Notes: generated by a model from the sequence alone, not told the origin. DNA of 64,000 nucleotides from an uncultured Methylomirabilota bacterium (GCA_963705305.1 OY970067.1:3328001-3392000), one strand, 5' to 3'. Shown: positions 50,686-61,363, numbered from the stretch's first letter. Made by a program: numbers and translations.

Positions 50686-51258
50686 ATGCAAAAGCGCGCG
50701 CAAGGGAAGGACAAGGGCACCGTCTACCATCGGATTCTGTGGCCCACAGACTTCTCGCCTGTGGCGAAAGCGGCCCTGCCGCACGTCCTCGCCCTCGCGG
50801 CCGGGAACGGGGCCGAAGTGGTCCTGCTCCACGTCCTCCCCACGGCAGCGATGTACGTGGTACCCGCAGAGTCGGGCCTAGTCCTGTGGCGCTTCCAGCG
50901 GGAGGCCCGGGCAGCCGCCCGGACGCAGCTCCGGCGGCTGGAACGCCAAGTGAAAGGGCCCGGCATCCGGACGCACGCGCTCCTGGCCCTGGGGGCCCCG
51001 TTCCCGCAGATCGTGCGGGCGGCCGAACGCCTCCGCTGCGACCTCATCGTCCTGGCGACTCACGGCCGCACCGGCTGGGCCCACGCCCTGCTCGGCAGCG
51101 TGGCCGAGAACGTGGTCAGGCATGCGCCCTGTCCGGTCCTCACGGTGCGCCCGCCGCGGTTCGCCCGCCGGGACGAGCAGCGGCCGTCGGCCACCCGGCG
51201 GGCCGCCGGCCGAGGGGCATCCCGGAGGCGGACGCAACGGACGAAGTCGGCAGAATGA
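50686..51258 (+). CDS. Universal stress protein
   Basis: ILWPTDFS, DLIVLATHG, GSVAENVVRHAPCPVL. Confidence 0.92.
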   Translation: MQKRAQGKDKGTVYHRILWPTDFSPVAKAALPHVLALAAGNGAEVVLLHVLPTAAMYVVPAESGLVLWRFQREARAAARTQLRRLERQVKGPGIRTHALLALGAPFPQIVRAAERLRCDLIVLATHGRTGWAHALLGSVAENVVRHAPCPVLTVRPPRFARRDEQRPSATRRAAGRGASRRRTQRTKSAE

Positions 51259-51370
51259 GGATTTCCCCCGGACCCCCCTTTCCCCTCGGGACCACCTGGG
51301 ACGGTCGGGGAGAGTTCGCCTGCTTTTCGGAGCGGGGTCCGAGCGTCGAGCTCGGCCGGTGTCCGGATGA
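51255..51370 (+). pseudogene. glgX: N-terminal relic of glycogen debranching enzyme
   Basis: MRISPGPPFPLGTTWDGRGEFACFSE...VEL resembles the GlgX N-terminus (PG.PYPLGATWDG.G.NF..FS); ATGA-coupled to usp. Confidence 0.6.
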
Positions 51371-51403
51371 TGTTCACACGCGCAAGAAGAAGGAGGTCTT
51401 CCC

Positions 51404-51751
51404 GTGAGCACTCTCACGGTCGTCCTCGTTGTGGCCATGGTCCTCTGGGCCGTGGGCTTTGTGGTGATTGGCCTGGTCCTGGCCGAGGAGGTCCTGTGGC
51501 GCCGCCCGGCTGGAAAGGGGTCGCCCGCGATCTCGGAGACCCGGAAGGTCGCGGCGATAGTGCTCCTGCTGATCGGGGGCATCCTGGTGGTGACTGCAAT
51601 AGGGACGGGTGTCCTTGTCGCGGACCGCGAATCGCGCCTGGTGCGACTGGAGGGCAGCGTCTCGCGATTGGAGAGCACCGTGCACGCGCTCGAGAGCAAG
51701 CTGAACCTGGGGCTTTCCAACTCCCCTCAATCACCGGCCGCGCCCCGCTGA
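51404..51751 (+). CDS. Hypothetical two-TM protein with coiled-coil tail
   Basis: AAGGAGG RBS; two hydrophobic helices. Confidence 0.6.
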   Translation: MSTLTVVLVVAMVLWAVGFVVIGLVLAEEVLWRRPAGKGSPAISETRKVAAIVLLLIGGILVVTAIGTGVLVADRESRLVRLEGSVSRLESTVHALESKLNLGLSNSPQSPAAPR

Positions 51752-52047
51752 TGCGGCTCGACGACCCCGGCGTCCAGAATGGCACTTTTTAGAGACGCAC
51801 CGGCGGACGAGCGCTGCAGTAAAGGAGCGCTGACCGAGGCTGCCGGGTTCGTGTGCACATCAGAGCGGAATGTAACTCAAATCATATTCGAGCCGGATCC
51901 AAGCCATAACCTTGCGGCGACAGACATCGCAATTGGATCAAACGTGGGACGACACGCGGAGTGCTCTCCATTGAAGCGACGCGAGCCGCGTGGTAGCCTC
52001 GTGCGGCCGACCCGACGTGGGGCGGGCGGCACGGGGGTGTGAGACTG

Positions 52048-52785
52048 ATGGTGAAGGCGGTGACGTTCGATCTGTGGCAGACGCTGATCATGGACACGCC
52101 GGAGGGATTGCGCCGGGCGCGGGAGGGGCGCGTCCAGGGAATCCGGGCGGCCCTGGGCGGTGCGGGGTTCCCGGTCTCGGCCGCCGCGGTGGAGGAGGCG
52201 TACGACGCCGTGGGCGGCAGGCTGGAGACCCTCTGGGCCATCCAGCGCGACCTGGGCGCGCGCGGGCAGGTGGGCTGGGTGCTGGAGGCGCTGGGCCTGA
52301 CCGGGCGGCTCCCCCCGGAGGGGGCGATCATGGAGACGCTGGTGAACGCCTATTGCCTGCCCATCCTGACCGCCCTCCCGTCTCCGAACGACGGCGCGCA
52401 AGAGGTGCTGGGCGCGCTCCGCGCCTCCGGCCTCAAGCTGGGACTGATCTGCAACACCGGGCGAACACCCGGCGCGATGCTCCGGCAGGTGCTGGATCGG
52501 CTGGAGCTGGGCCCCCTCCTGCCGGTGCAGCAGTTCTCCGACGAGGTCGGCCTGCGCAAGCCCCACCCCGAGATCTTCCGGCGCACGCTGGCGGCCCTGG
52601 GCGTCGCCCCGGGGGAGGCCGTGCACGTGGGGGACGATGTCACCACGGACGTGGCGGGGGCGCGCGGCCTGGGGATGCGGGCCATTCACTTGCGGCACGC
52701 CAGCGGCGCCAGCCGGCAGTCCGAGGGGGTGGAGGTCATCTCGAGCCTCCGCTCGCTGCCATCCGTCGTGGGCCGGACCAGCTGA
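52048..52785 (+). CDS. HAD-superfamily hydrolase
   Basis: FDLWQTL, ICN, RKPHPEIF, HVGDD...DV.GA. Confidence 0.92.
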   Translation: MVKAVTFDLWQTLIMDTPEGLRRAREGRVQGIRAALGGAGFPVSAAAVEEAYDAVGGRLETLWAIQRDLGARGQVGWVLEALGLTGRLPPEGAIMETLVNAYCLPILTALPSPNDGAQEVLGALRASGLKLGLICNTGRTPGAMLRQVLDRLELGPLLPVQQFSDEVGLRKPHPEIFRRTLAALGVAPGEAVHVGDDVTTDVAGARGLGMRAIHLRHASGASRQSEGVEVISSLRSLPSVVGRTS

Positions 52786-52898
52786 TCGCCTCCGGCAGCC
52801 CTTCCCGGCGATTCCAGAGAACACGCCATACGAGAAAGGTTGAATCCGGACCCGGCCTTGTGTACCCTGTGCCAGTTCCTCTAGCCGGAGCGTGAGTC

Positions 52899-54134
52899 AT
52901 GTCACAGAGTCAGCTCATCGGACTCGGCATTCTGCTCCTCCTGCTGGCCGTCGTCGGGGTCCTGGTTCTGGCGCTGCTTCTCCGGCGCCGTCCCGGCGAC
53001 GAGCTGGCCCGGGGCATGGTCGGCAGCCTCCAGGCGACGCTGGGGGATCTAGGGACGCGGATGGGGCAGCTGTCTGCGGAGCTGCAGGGGATCGGGCGGG
53101 CCCAGGAGGCGGCGCGGGCCGAGTTGCTGCAAAGTCGCGAGCAGGCGCAGCACAACCTCCAGCAGGCGGCGGACGCCCTCACCCTGCGCATTCATCAGAC
53201 GCAGCAATCGCTCACGGCGATGAGCGGGCTCGTCCAGCAGACGGTGCGGACCCAGGAGCTCTTGTCGCAAAGCCTGGGGCAGGTCCAGGACTCCCTGAAG
53301 GGCAACCTGGCCGAGGCGCAGCGCGGCCTGCAGGCGGAGATCGCCAAGACCCGCGAGCTGGTGGCGCAGATGCAGGCCGCCGACCAGGCGCGCGAGGCGC
53401 AGGAACAGGAGGCCCGGACGGCCCTGAAGCGCCTGGAGACGGTCCTCGCGGGCACCAAGTCCCGCGGGATCGCCGGAGAGAATATCCTGGGGGCGATCCT
53501 GGCCCAGCTTCCCGCGGAGCTGCGCGAGACGAACCTCACCATCAACAACAAGCCCGTGGAGTTCGCGCTGCGCCTCCCCCACGGACGCCTGCTTCCGATC
53601 GACAGCAAGTGGCCGGCGCTGTCCCAGCTCGAGCGCCTCCAAGAGACGGATGATCCGGCGCTGCGCAAAGCGTTGGCCGACGAGATCCAGTCCGAGGTGA
53701 AGAAGAAGATCCGCGAGGTGGTGAAGTACCTGGACCCGGACCGGACGATCCGGCTCGGCGTGCTGGCGGTTCCGGATGCGGTGTTCGATCTGTGCGTGGA
53801 CGCCCACGTGGAGGCCTTCAAGCAAGGGATCGTCATCATCAGCTACACCCAGGTCATTCCGTATTTGCTCTCCCTCCTCCAGGTGATCCTCCGGTTTGGG
53901 ACCGAGATCGATACGGCCCGCCTGAGTCAGGCCCTCACGACGATCGCCGACTCCCTGGAGAAGATGGACGGCGAGGTGGACGGGCGCCTCTCGCGGACGA
54001 TCACGCAGCTCCAAAACAGCCGGGAAGATCTGAAGGCCCATCTCAGCCGGGCCCGCCAGGGCGTGCGGGGCCTGCACGTCGAGGCGTCCCCCGCGGAGCT
54101 GCCGGCGCCATCGGATGAACGGCGCCCCGCCTGA
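52899..54134 (+). CDS. rmuC: DNA recombination protein RmuC family
   Basis: TM, coiled coil, RGIAGE..L, LRLP...LPIDSKWP. Confidence 0.85.
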   Translation: MSQSQLIGLGILLLLLAVVGVLVLALLLRRRPGDELARGMVGSLQATLGDLGTRMGQLSAELQGIGRAQEAARAELLQSREQAQHNLQQAADALTLRIHQTQQSLTAMSGLVQQTVRTQELLSQSLGQVQDSLKGNLAEAQRGLQAEIAKTRELVAQMQAADQAREAQEQEARTALKRLETVLAGTKSRGIAGENILGAILAQLPAELRETNLTINNKPVEFALRLPHGRLLPIDSKWPALSQLERLQETDDPALRKALADEIQSEVKKKIREVVKYLDPDRTIRLGVLAVPDAVFDLCVDAHVEAFKQGIVIISYTQVIPYLLSLLQVILRFGTEIDTARLSQALTTIADSLEKMDGEVDGRLSRTITQLQNSREDLKAHLSRARQGVRGLHVEASPAELPAPSDERRPA

Positions 54135-54298
54135 GCCGCCCGCCCAAGGACCCCGGCGATTGCCCGCGGTGTGGCAGCCGCTCGAGAAGGTCGGGGTCCG
54201 ACGCGGGCGCCCGGAGGCAGCGGCAGGATGACGGGCGTGGGGATCGAGGGCGCATCGAGGGTTTCTGGCCGACAGGACGGACAGAAAGGATACTGCCA

Positions 54299-55564
54299 AT
54301 GGCCGCAAGCGAATCCATCCCCCTGTACATCTGCGCCCCATTCGTCATCTTTCTCCTGCTGATTGCCACCCTGCCCTTGGCGGTCCCGCACTTCTGGGAG
54401 AAGAACCGGAACAAGGCGATTCTCTCGGCCCTGGTGAGCCTTCCGGTGCTGCCCTTTTTGATCACCCGCCTCCCGGCGGAGTTCGGGCGCACCGTCGAGG
54501 ATTACATTTCGTTTATTCTCCTCCTGGCGTCGCTCTTCATCATTTCCGGTGGCATCCTGCTGACGGGCGACCTGCAGGCCACCCCTAAGGTGAATACCCT
54601 GTTCCTGTTCATCGGGGCGGTGATTTCCAATCTGATCGGCACGACCGGCGCGGGCATGCTGCTGATTCGCCCGCTCCTGAAGACAAACAGCGAGCGAAAG
54701 TACACGTACCACATCCCCGTCTTCTTCATCTTTGTCGTGTGCAATATCGGCGGGTGTCTGACCCCGCTGGGCGATCCGCCGCTCTTTCTGGGCTATCTCC
54801 GGGGGGTCCCCTTCACCTGGACGTTGACGCTCTTCCCGATGTGGCTGTCGGCCCTGGCCATCATCTTGACCGTTTTCTACGTGTGGGATACCTGGTGTTA
54901 CCGGAAGGAAAGTCCGGCGGATCTCCGGCGGGACCGAGAGCTGGCCACCCCGCTGCGCATCTCGGGGACGCTGAATCTGCTGTTCCTGTTCGGCGTCATC
55001 CTGTCGGTGCTTCTCCAGATCCCGTTCCCGTATCGGGAGTTGACGATGGTCGTCATGGCGCTGTTGTCCCTGGGATTCACGAACAAGCAGGTGCGGGAGC
55101 GCAACGGGTTCACATTTGCCCCCATCAACGAGGTGGCGCTTCTCTTCGCCGGGATCTTCATCACCATGGTTCCGCTGCTCACGCTCCTCCGATTGAAGGG
55201 AGCGGCGCTGGGCATCACCCAGCCCTGGCAGTTCTTCTGGCTGTCGGGGGGTCTCAGCTCCTTCCTGGACAACGCTCCCACCTACCTGACCTTCTCCTCG
55301 CTGGCGCAAAGCGTCACCGGGAGTCAGGCCATCGCGGGCATCCCGGCCATCGCCGGCGTGCGAGTGGATCTGTTGCGGGCGATCAGCTGCGGATCGGTGT
55401 TCATGGGAGCGAACACGTACATCGGGAACGGGCCGAACTTCATGGTCAAAGTGATTGCCGAGGAACAGGGGGTGGCGGTCCCGCATTTCTTTCAATACAT
55501 GCTGTACTCGGGACTGCTGCTCATCCCGATGTTCCTGATCATCACCCTGCTGTTTTTTCTATAG
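54299..55564 (+). CDS. Putative Na+/H+ antiporter (IT superfamily)
   Basis: IGTTGA.MLLIRP, NIGGCLTPLGDPPLFLG, LDNAPTY, TYIGNGPNFMVK. Confidence 0.88.
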   Translation: MAASESIPLYICAPFVIFLLLIATLPLAVPHFWEKNRNKAILSALVSLPVLPFLITRLPAEFGRTVEDYISFILLLASLFIISGGILLTGDLQATPKVNTLFLFIGAVISNLIGTTGAGMLLIRPLLKTNSERKYTYHIPVFFIFVVCNIGGCLTPLGDPPLFLGYLRGVPFTWTLTLFPMWLSALAIILTVFYVWDTWCYRKESPADLRRDRELATPLRISGTLNLLFLFGVILSVLLQIPFPYRELTMVVMALLSLGFTNKQVRERNGFTFAPINEVALLFAGIFITMVPLLTLLRLKGAALGITQPWQFFWLSGGLSSFLDNAPTYLTFSSLAQSVTGSQAIAGIPAIAGVRVDLLRAISCGSVFMGANTYIGNGPNFMVKVIAEEQGVAVPHFFQYMLYSGLLLIPMFLIITLLFFL

Positions 55565-55726
55565 TGGAAATCGGTTTCGTGCCCCATGATCGGAGGCAGG
55601 CCCGGGCCCCCTGGCAGGTCCGGGGGTGGGGGCATCGAGGAGGGGGGCAGGCCGGGGGGCTCGCCGGCCGGCCCCGCAGCGGAGGCAGGGCGGCGATCCG
55701 GGATCGGGGGGAAGGGGCTGGACGGG

Positions 55727-56644
55727 ATGCCTGACAAGGAGACCATCGCGAAGCCCGAGGCGCTGAGGGTCGGACAGCGGCTGCGGATGAAGCGGGAGGA
55801 GCGCGGCCTGACGCCCGAGCAGGCGGCGTACCAGAGCAAGGTTCCACTGCGCCTGCTCCAGGCCCTGGAGGCGGACGACTACCGCCTGCTGCCGGACCCG
55901 GCCTATCTGATTCGCCTCCTGCATGACTATGCCCTCCTGCTGGAACTGGACGTGAACGAGCTGGAGGGAGAGTTCCGCAGCGCTATTCGACGACCGCCTG
56001 GCGCATCCCTGGCGGCCGTTCCGTCGAAGCAGGCCTCGGCCCCCATCCCGTGGAAGCACGTCCTCTGGACCGCGGCGGCCATCCTGATCGTCACGCCCCT
56101 GGTGTTCATCGCGTTGTCCCTGGCCTCCAGGCGGGCCGCCGAACGGGCCGCCCCGCCGGTGCAGGCTCCCCCGGCCGCCGTCGAGCCGGCGCGTCCGGAA
56201 GTGCCGCCGCCCGGTGAGGCCGTGCCTTCGGCCGCGCGGGAGGCCGCCCCGGCGGGTGGGGTTCCGGCCGCGGCCGGGGGGCCGGCGTTGCCGCCGGGGT
56301 CGGCCCAGTGGCTGTTGAAGGCCCCAGGAGCCGCTCCGGGGCCGCCGGGACGCCCCTACGTGCTGATCGCGCGGGCCCGTGAGCTGACCTGGATGGCAGT
56401 CCGGGCGGACGGAGGGGATTCCAGGGAAGTGCTTCTGCAGCCCGGACAGACCGCACAGTTCTCGGCGGAGACGCGACTCGTCGTAACCGTGGGCAATGCC
56501 GGCGGCGTGACGCTGTCGTTGAACGGCACGCCGCTGCCGATCCTGGGGAAGTCCGGGGAGGTGGTGCGCGATCTGACCCTGCCCGCGGCCTCCGGAGGAG
56601 CGCCGGAGCGTCCCGGCCAACCCGCTCCACCGGCGGGGCGATGA
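55727..56644 (+). CDS. rodZ: RodZ-like protein (HTH, TM, DUF4115)
   Basis: LRMKREERGLT...LQALEADDY..LP, TM, W...DG...VGNAGGV.L.LNG. Confidence 0.85.
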   Translation: MPDKETIAKPEALRVGQRLRMKREERGLTPEQAAYQSKVPLRLLQALEADDYRLLPDPAYLIRLLHDYALLLELDVNELEGEFRSAIRRPPGASLAAVPSKQASAPIPWKHVLWTAAAILIVTPLVFIALSLASRRAAERAAPPVQAPPAAVEPARPEVPPPGEAVPSAAREAAPAGGVPAAAGGPALPPGSAQWLLKAPGAAPGPPGRPYVLIARARELTWMAVRADGGDSREVLLQPGQTAQFSAETRLVVTVGNAGGVTLSLNGTPLPILGKSGEVVRDLTLPAASGGAPERPGQPAPPAGR

Positions 56645-57573
56645 GCACGGGGAGCCACCATGCGCGCCACCTTGGTGCTCCCGCGCGGCAGCTCCGCTGG
56701 GGGATCCTGCTCAACAGCCTATTCATCGCCCTGGAGCTGGTCGCCGGACTCTGGGTCAACAGTCTGGCCCTGATCAGCGATGCCTGGCACAACCTCGCGG
56801 ATGTCCTGGGTCTGGGGATCGCGTGGTGTGCCCTGCGTCAGGTCCAGCGGCCGGCAGATGCCGCCCGGACCTTCGGGTATCACCGGGTGGGCATTCTGGC
56901 GGCCTTGGCGAACTCGCTGTTTCTGTCCGCCGTCACACTGTTCCTGATCTACGAGGCGGTGGATCGCCTGCTGCACGCTCCCATCAGCCCCCCAGCGGGG
57001 AAGACGATCATCCTGGTGGCGGCTGTCGGCGTCCTGATCAACGGGGTGGTTGCCTACACCCTGCGGCACGCGGGACGCGATCTGAACCTGCGCAGCGCCT
57101 TCCTGCACATGCTGGGCGATGCGCTGGTCTCCCTGGGGGTGATGCTGTCCGGGGTCATCCTGCTTCGGACGGGTTGGGCCTGGGTGGACCCGGCGGCCAG
57201 CCTGCTGGTGGGCGTCTTCATCCTACTCGCGGCCTGGGGGATCGTCCGCGAGACCCTCAGCGTCCTCATGGAGGGGACGCCCTGGGGCATGGACATCCAG
57301 ATGGTGAGCCGAGCCATCGCCGAGGTCCCGGGGGTTCGAGAAGTGCATCATCTGCACGTCTGGTCCTTGAGCGCCGATCTGGCCGCCCTGAGCTGCCACG
57401 TGGTGGTGGAGGACCAGCCCGTGTCGGCCGGCGGCCTCGTCGTCGAGGAGATCTGCCGCATGCTCCAAGAGCGCTTCGGGATTGGCCACGCCACCATTCA
57501 GCTAGAGCCGGACGTCTCCCTGAGGAGCGATGCGCTGGGGATTCAAACCACACAGGGAGACGTCGGGCGATGA
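56641..57573 (+). CDS. Cation diffusion facilitator (CzcD/ZitB-like)
   Basis: SDAWHNLAD, TFGYHR, AFLHMLGD, VHHLHVW, HATIQLE. Confidence 0.93.
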   Translation: MSTGSHHARHLGAPARQLRWGILLNSLFIALELVAGLWVNSLALISDAWHNLADVLGLGIAWCALRQVQRPADAARTFGYHRVGILAALANSLFLSAVTLFLIYEAVDRLLHAPISPPAGKTIILVAAVGVLINGVVAYTLRHAGRDLNLRSAFLHMLGDALVSLGVMLSGVILLRTGWAWVDPAASLLVGVFILLAAWGIVRETLSVLMEGTPWGMDIQMVSRAIAEVPGVREVHHLHVWSLSADLAALSCHVVVEDQPVSAGGLVVEEICRMLQERFGIGHATIQLEPDVSLRSDALGIQTTQGDVGR

Positions 57574-58760
57574 GCGGGGCGGCGCCGGCCACGCACCCCA
57601 GGGGAGGGCGGGGCGTGATGCGTCCGCGAGGGCAGCGTTCGCGGCTCATCATTCTCGGGGGACTCACCCTGGGCCTCATGGCGGTGCACTTTGCGACCCC
57701 CGTGAGCCGCCAGGCGCTGCACGACATCGTTGTCCGGATGTTCTACCTGCCGATCATCCTGGGCGGCATGTGGTTCGGGCTCCGGGGCGGGCTGGGGACA
57801 GCGGGCCTGATCGTCGCCGTCTACCTGCCCCACGTGCTGCTGGTCGATCACGGCCGGATGACCCTGAGTTACCTCCTGGAGATTCCGATCTTCCTCGCCG
57901 TCGGCCTGCTGACCGGCCTCATGGTGGAGCATCAGGAGCAATACCGCCGGGGCCTGGAGGTCCAGGCCGAAACGCTGGCGCGCTCGCATCGAGAGCTGCA
58001 GGAGCAGACCCGCCTGCTGCTGGAGAAGGAGGCACAGCTGCGCCGCGCCGACCGGCTCTCCGCGCTGGGGCAGCTCTCCGCGGGTCTGGCCCACGAGATC
58101 CGCAATCCGCTGGGATCGATCAAGGGCGCGGTGGAGATCCTGCAGGACGATTATCCAGCCGGACATCCGAAGGCGGAGTTCTACGCCATCATCCTGCGCG
58201 AGGTGGCCCGCCTGAACGAGGTGGTGGCCAACTTCCTGACCTTCGCCCGCCCCGCGACCCTGCGCTTCGCGCCGGTGGAGGTGCTCTCGGTGATCAACGA
58301 CCTGGAGGGGCTGATCTCCGGGCAGGCGCGGGCGCACCGCGTTCAGATCTTCACCGCCTTCCACGACGGCCCGTCGCGGGTCCTGGCGGATGAGGCCCTG
58401 CTCAAGCAGGCGTTCCTCAACATCGCGCTGAACGCGCTGGAGGCCATGCCGGAGGGGGGCGACCTGGCCATCTCGACCCGTTTGGCGGGGCCGCAGGACG
58501 CGGGGACCTCCCCGGACCAGGCGCGGCCGGAATGGCTGGAGGTGGTCTTCGACGACACCGGCCTCGGCATTGCCGAGGAGAACCTCGGCCGGATCTTCGA
58601 TCCCTTCTTCACGACCAAGAGGGACGGGACGGGGCTCGGCCTCGCCATCACGCACCGCATCATCGAAAACCATCATGGGGCGATCCGGGTCGTGAGCCAG
58701 CCCGGCAAAGGGACCACCTTCGTGGTGACCCTGCCGCTGGAAGGAACCGTGCACGTATGA
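57570..58760 (+). CDS. Membrane sensor histidine kinase (start may be 57618)
   Basis: AHEIRNPL, NALEAM, DTGLGI, FDPFFTTK, GTGLGL. Confidence 0.92.
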   Translation: MSGAAPATHPRGGRGVMRPRGQRSRLIILGGLTLGLMAVHFATPVSRQALHDIVVRMFYLPIILGGMWFGLRGGLGTAGLIVAVYLPHVLLVDHGRMTLSYLLEIPIFLAVGLLTGLMVEHQEQYRRGLEVQAETLARSHRELQEQTRLLLEKEAQLRRADRLSALGQLSAGLAHEIRNPLGSIKGAVEILQDDYPAGHPKAEFYAIILREVARLNEVVANFLTFARPATLRFAPVEVLSVINDLEGLISGQARAHRVQIFTAFHDGPSRVLADEALLKQAFLNIALNALEAMPEGGDLAISTRLAGPQDAGTSPDQARPEWLEVVFDDTGLGIAEENLGRIFDPFFTTKRDGTGLGLAITHRIIENHHGAIRVVSQPGKGTTFVVTLPLEGTVHV

Positions 58761-60181
58761 GGCGGAGAAAGATCCTGGTCATCGATGACGACGAGAGCCT
58801 GCGCCGGGTGCTGGAGTACAACCTGGCTCAGGAGGGCTACGCGGTCCTCATGGCATCCAGCGGGGAGCAGGGCTTGGAGCTGCTGAACCGGGAGGGGGCG
58901 GACCTGGTGATCACGGATGTCCGGATGGCCGGCATGGACGGACTCCAGGTCATGGAGGCGGTCCGGGCCCAGGACCCCAACATTCAGGTGATCATCCTCA
59001 CGGCCTTCGGCACCATCGAGACGGCCGTCGAGGCCATGAAGGCCGGCGCCTTCCACTACATCACCAAACCCTTCAACCGGGATGAGCTGAAGTTGACCAT
59101 CCGGAAGGCGCTGCAGCTCCGGGACCTGGAACGGGAGAACGTGGCCCTCCGGCAGTCCCTCCAATCGCGCGGCAGCCTCCAGAGCATCGCCGCCGACAGC
59201 CCGCGAATGCGCCAAATCGTGGAGATGGTCCAGCGGGTGGCACCCACCGAGACCACGGTGCTGATCCTGGGGGAGAGCGGGACCGGCAAGGAGCTGATCG
59301 CCCGCGCCATCCACGCCAACTCGCCGCGCGCCGAGGGGCCGTTCGTGGCGATTAACTGTGCGGCCATTCCCGAGAACCTCCTGGAGAGCGAGCTGTTCGG
59401 CCACGTCAGAGGGGCCTTCACCGGGGCCATCCGGGACCGGATCGGGAAATTCGAGGCGGCCGATGGTGGGACCCTGTTCCTGGACGAGATCGGCGAGATG
59501 CGCCCGGACCTCCAAGTCAAGATCCTGCGGGCGCTGGAAGAACGGACCGTCGAGCGGGTGGGGGACAATCGTCCCATCCGGGTGGATGTCCGCGTGCTGG
59601 CCGCCACCAACAGGGATCTCACCAAGGCCATCCAGGCGGGGGAGTTCCGGGAGGACCTCTACTACCGGCTGAATGTGGTGCCGCTGCACATCCCGCCTCT
59701 GCGCGAGCGCCGCGAGGACATCCGCGCCCTCACCCAGCACTTCCTGAAGAGCCTGGGGGCCCCGTCCAGGCTGCAGGTCGAGCCGGAGGCGTTTCGGGCA
59801 CTGGAGACCTACGCCTGGCCCGGCAACGTGCGCGAGCTGGAGAACGCCCTGGAGCGGGCCCTGATCTTCCAGCGGGAGGGTGCCATCACCCTGGCCGATC
59901 TGCCCGACTCCATCCGGGCTCCCAAGGCCAAGGAGGCGGCAGCGCTGCCGGTGGATCTGCCCGACGCCGGGCTGTCCCTGGAAGAGGTGGAGAAGGAGCT
60001 GATCCTGCGGGCGCTGCAAAAACACGACTGGAACCAATCCCGGGCCGCCCGCTACCTGGGCATCACGCGGCACACCCTGCTGTACCGGATGGAGAAGCAC
60101 AATATCGCCCGCCCGGGCGGGCGGGGCGCACACGCCGAGGAGGAGCGGCAGGCGAGTCCACACGAAGAAAAGGTAGGGTGA
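58757..60181 (+). CDS. Sigma-54-dependent response regulator (ZraR/NtrC-like)
   Basis: ILVIDDD, GESGTGKE, GAFTGA, WPGNVRELEN, Fis HTH. Confidence 0.95.
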   Translation: MRRRKILVIDDDESLRRVLEYNLAQEGYAVLMASSGEQGLELLNREGADLVITDVRMAGMDGLQVMEAVRAQDPNIQVIILTAFGTIETAVEAMKAGAFHYITKPFNRDELKLTIRKALQLRDLERENVALRQSLQSRGSLQSIAADSPRMRQIVEMVQRVAPTETTVLILGESGTGKELIARAIHANSPRAEGPFVAINCAAIPENLLESELFGHVRGAFTGAIRDRIGKFEAADGGTLFLDEIGEMRPDLQVKILRALEERTVERVGDNRPIRVDVRVLAATNRDLTKAIQAGEFREDLYYRLNVVPLHIPPLRERREDIRALTQHFLKSLGAPSRLQVEPEAFRALETYAWPGNVRELENALERALIFQREGAITLADLPDSIRAPKAKEAAALPVDLPDAGLSLEEVEKELILRALQKHDWNQSRAARYLGITRHTLLYRMEKHNIARPGGRGAHAEEERQASPHEEKVG

Positions 60182-60479
60182 AATACCCCCCGTGACATGG
60201 GGGGCGTCCGTGCGCTCAGACGATTCTTCCGAGGCCGCAGACCCGGCGCACATGCTCAACCCTCCGGATGGCATCACAGCGGCGTCGGCACGGCAATCGT
60301 GCGCCAGGGGACCCCTCTCGCCGCCGCGGTCTAACCCGAGTGCGTTCCCCCGCTGCCATTGCGCGCATTTTCCTTGACGTGGATACCGCGGGGCAGTAGA
60401 CGAACGTATGCATGGGCACACACGCGCGCGCAGCGCAATCACCGTCGATAGGCATCCCCCTCGCTGAGCGAGCCGGACC

Positions 60480-61363
60480 GTGCCGGAGCTGACCTGCGGC
60501 ATTCTTGGGGGTTGGGGACCGGGTTGACCTGGGGGACGATCAATCTGCTGGTCCGCTCCCTGTCGGGACGGATCACGCCCGTCGGGATCACGGCCACCCG
60601 CTCGGTGGTCGGGGGGTGTCTCCTGGTTCTCGCGACCGTGGCGACAGGTCAAGGGCGCGAGATGGCAGAGATGCCGCTGTGGGTTGTGCTGTTGCTGTGG
60701 ACCTCGGTGCTTATCGCCATGGCCTTTGGCGACACGATGTTCTTTGGCAGCCTGGAGCACCTTGGCGTGACCCGGGCCCTGACCCTGAGCATGGCCAATC
60801 CCATGCTGACGACGGTGGTGGGCATCCTGCTCTTGGGCGAGGCCATGACGCTGCCACGGGCCGGCGGAATCCTCATGGTGGTCGGGGGGCTGACTCTGAT
60901 CATTGCGGGGAAGGGAGAGGGGGGGGCCGATGTCCGGAAGGCCACGCGCCGGGGGCTCCGCCTGGTGCTTCTGGCGGCGGGTGCCTGGGCGCTCTCGGCG
61001 ATTCTCCTGAAGCCGGCCCTCCAGGCCGTCTCCGTCCTGCCGGCGGCCGCGGTCCGCATTCCCATGGCCGGCCTCGTCCTCTGCCTGACCCCCTGGCCCC
61101 GCGGGACGCTGACGGCCATCCGGCAGGCGGACCCGGCGGAACGGACGCGGCTGGCCGCCATCTGTGCCCTGAGCGCCTTGGGCACACTCTGCTTCACCGT
61201 TGGAATCAAGTACGGGGGCGTGGCCGTGGGGAACGTGCTGGCCTCCACATCTCCCCTGTTTACCCTGCCCTTCGAGGTGTGGGTTCTGGGCCAGCCCCTG
61301 TCGGGAAAGGCGGCGCTGGGCGCGACGACGACCATGATGGGGATCGGTCTCATGAACCTGTAG
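60480..61363 (+). CDS. DMT/EamA-family transporter (probable 1-bp frameshift in G5 at 60507-60511)
   Basis: About 10 TM in two EamA repeats; GTG-started VPELTCGILG joins LGTGLTWG if one base is added. Confidence 0.85.
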
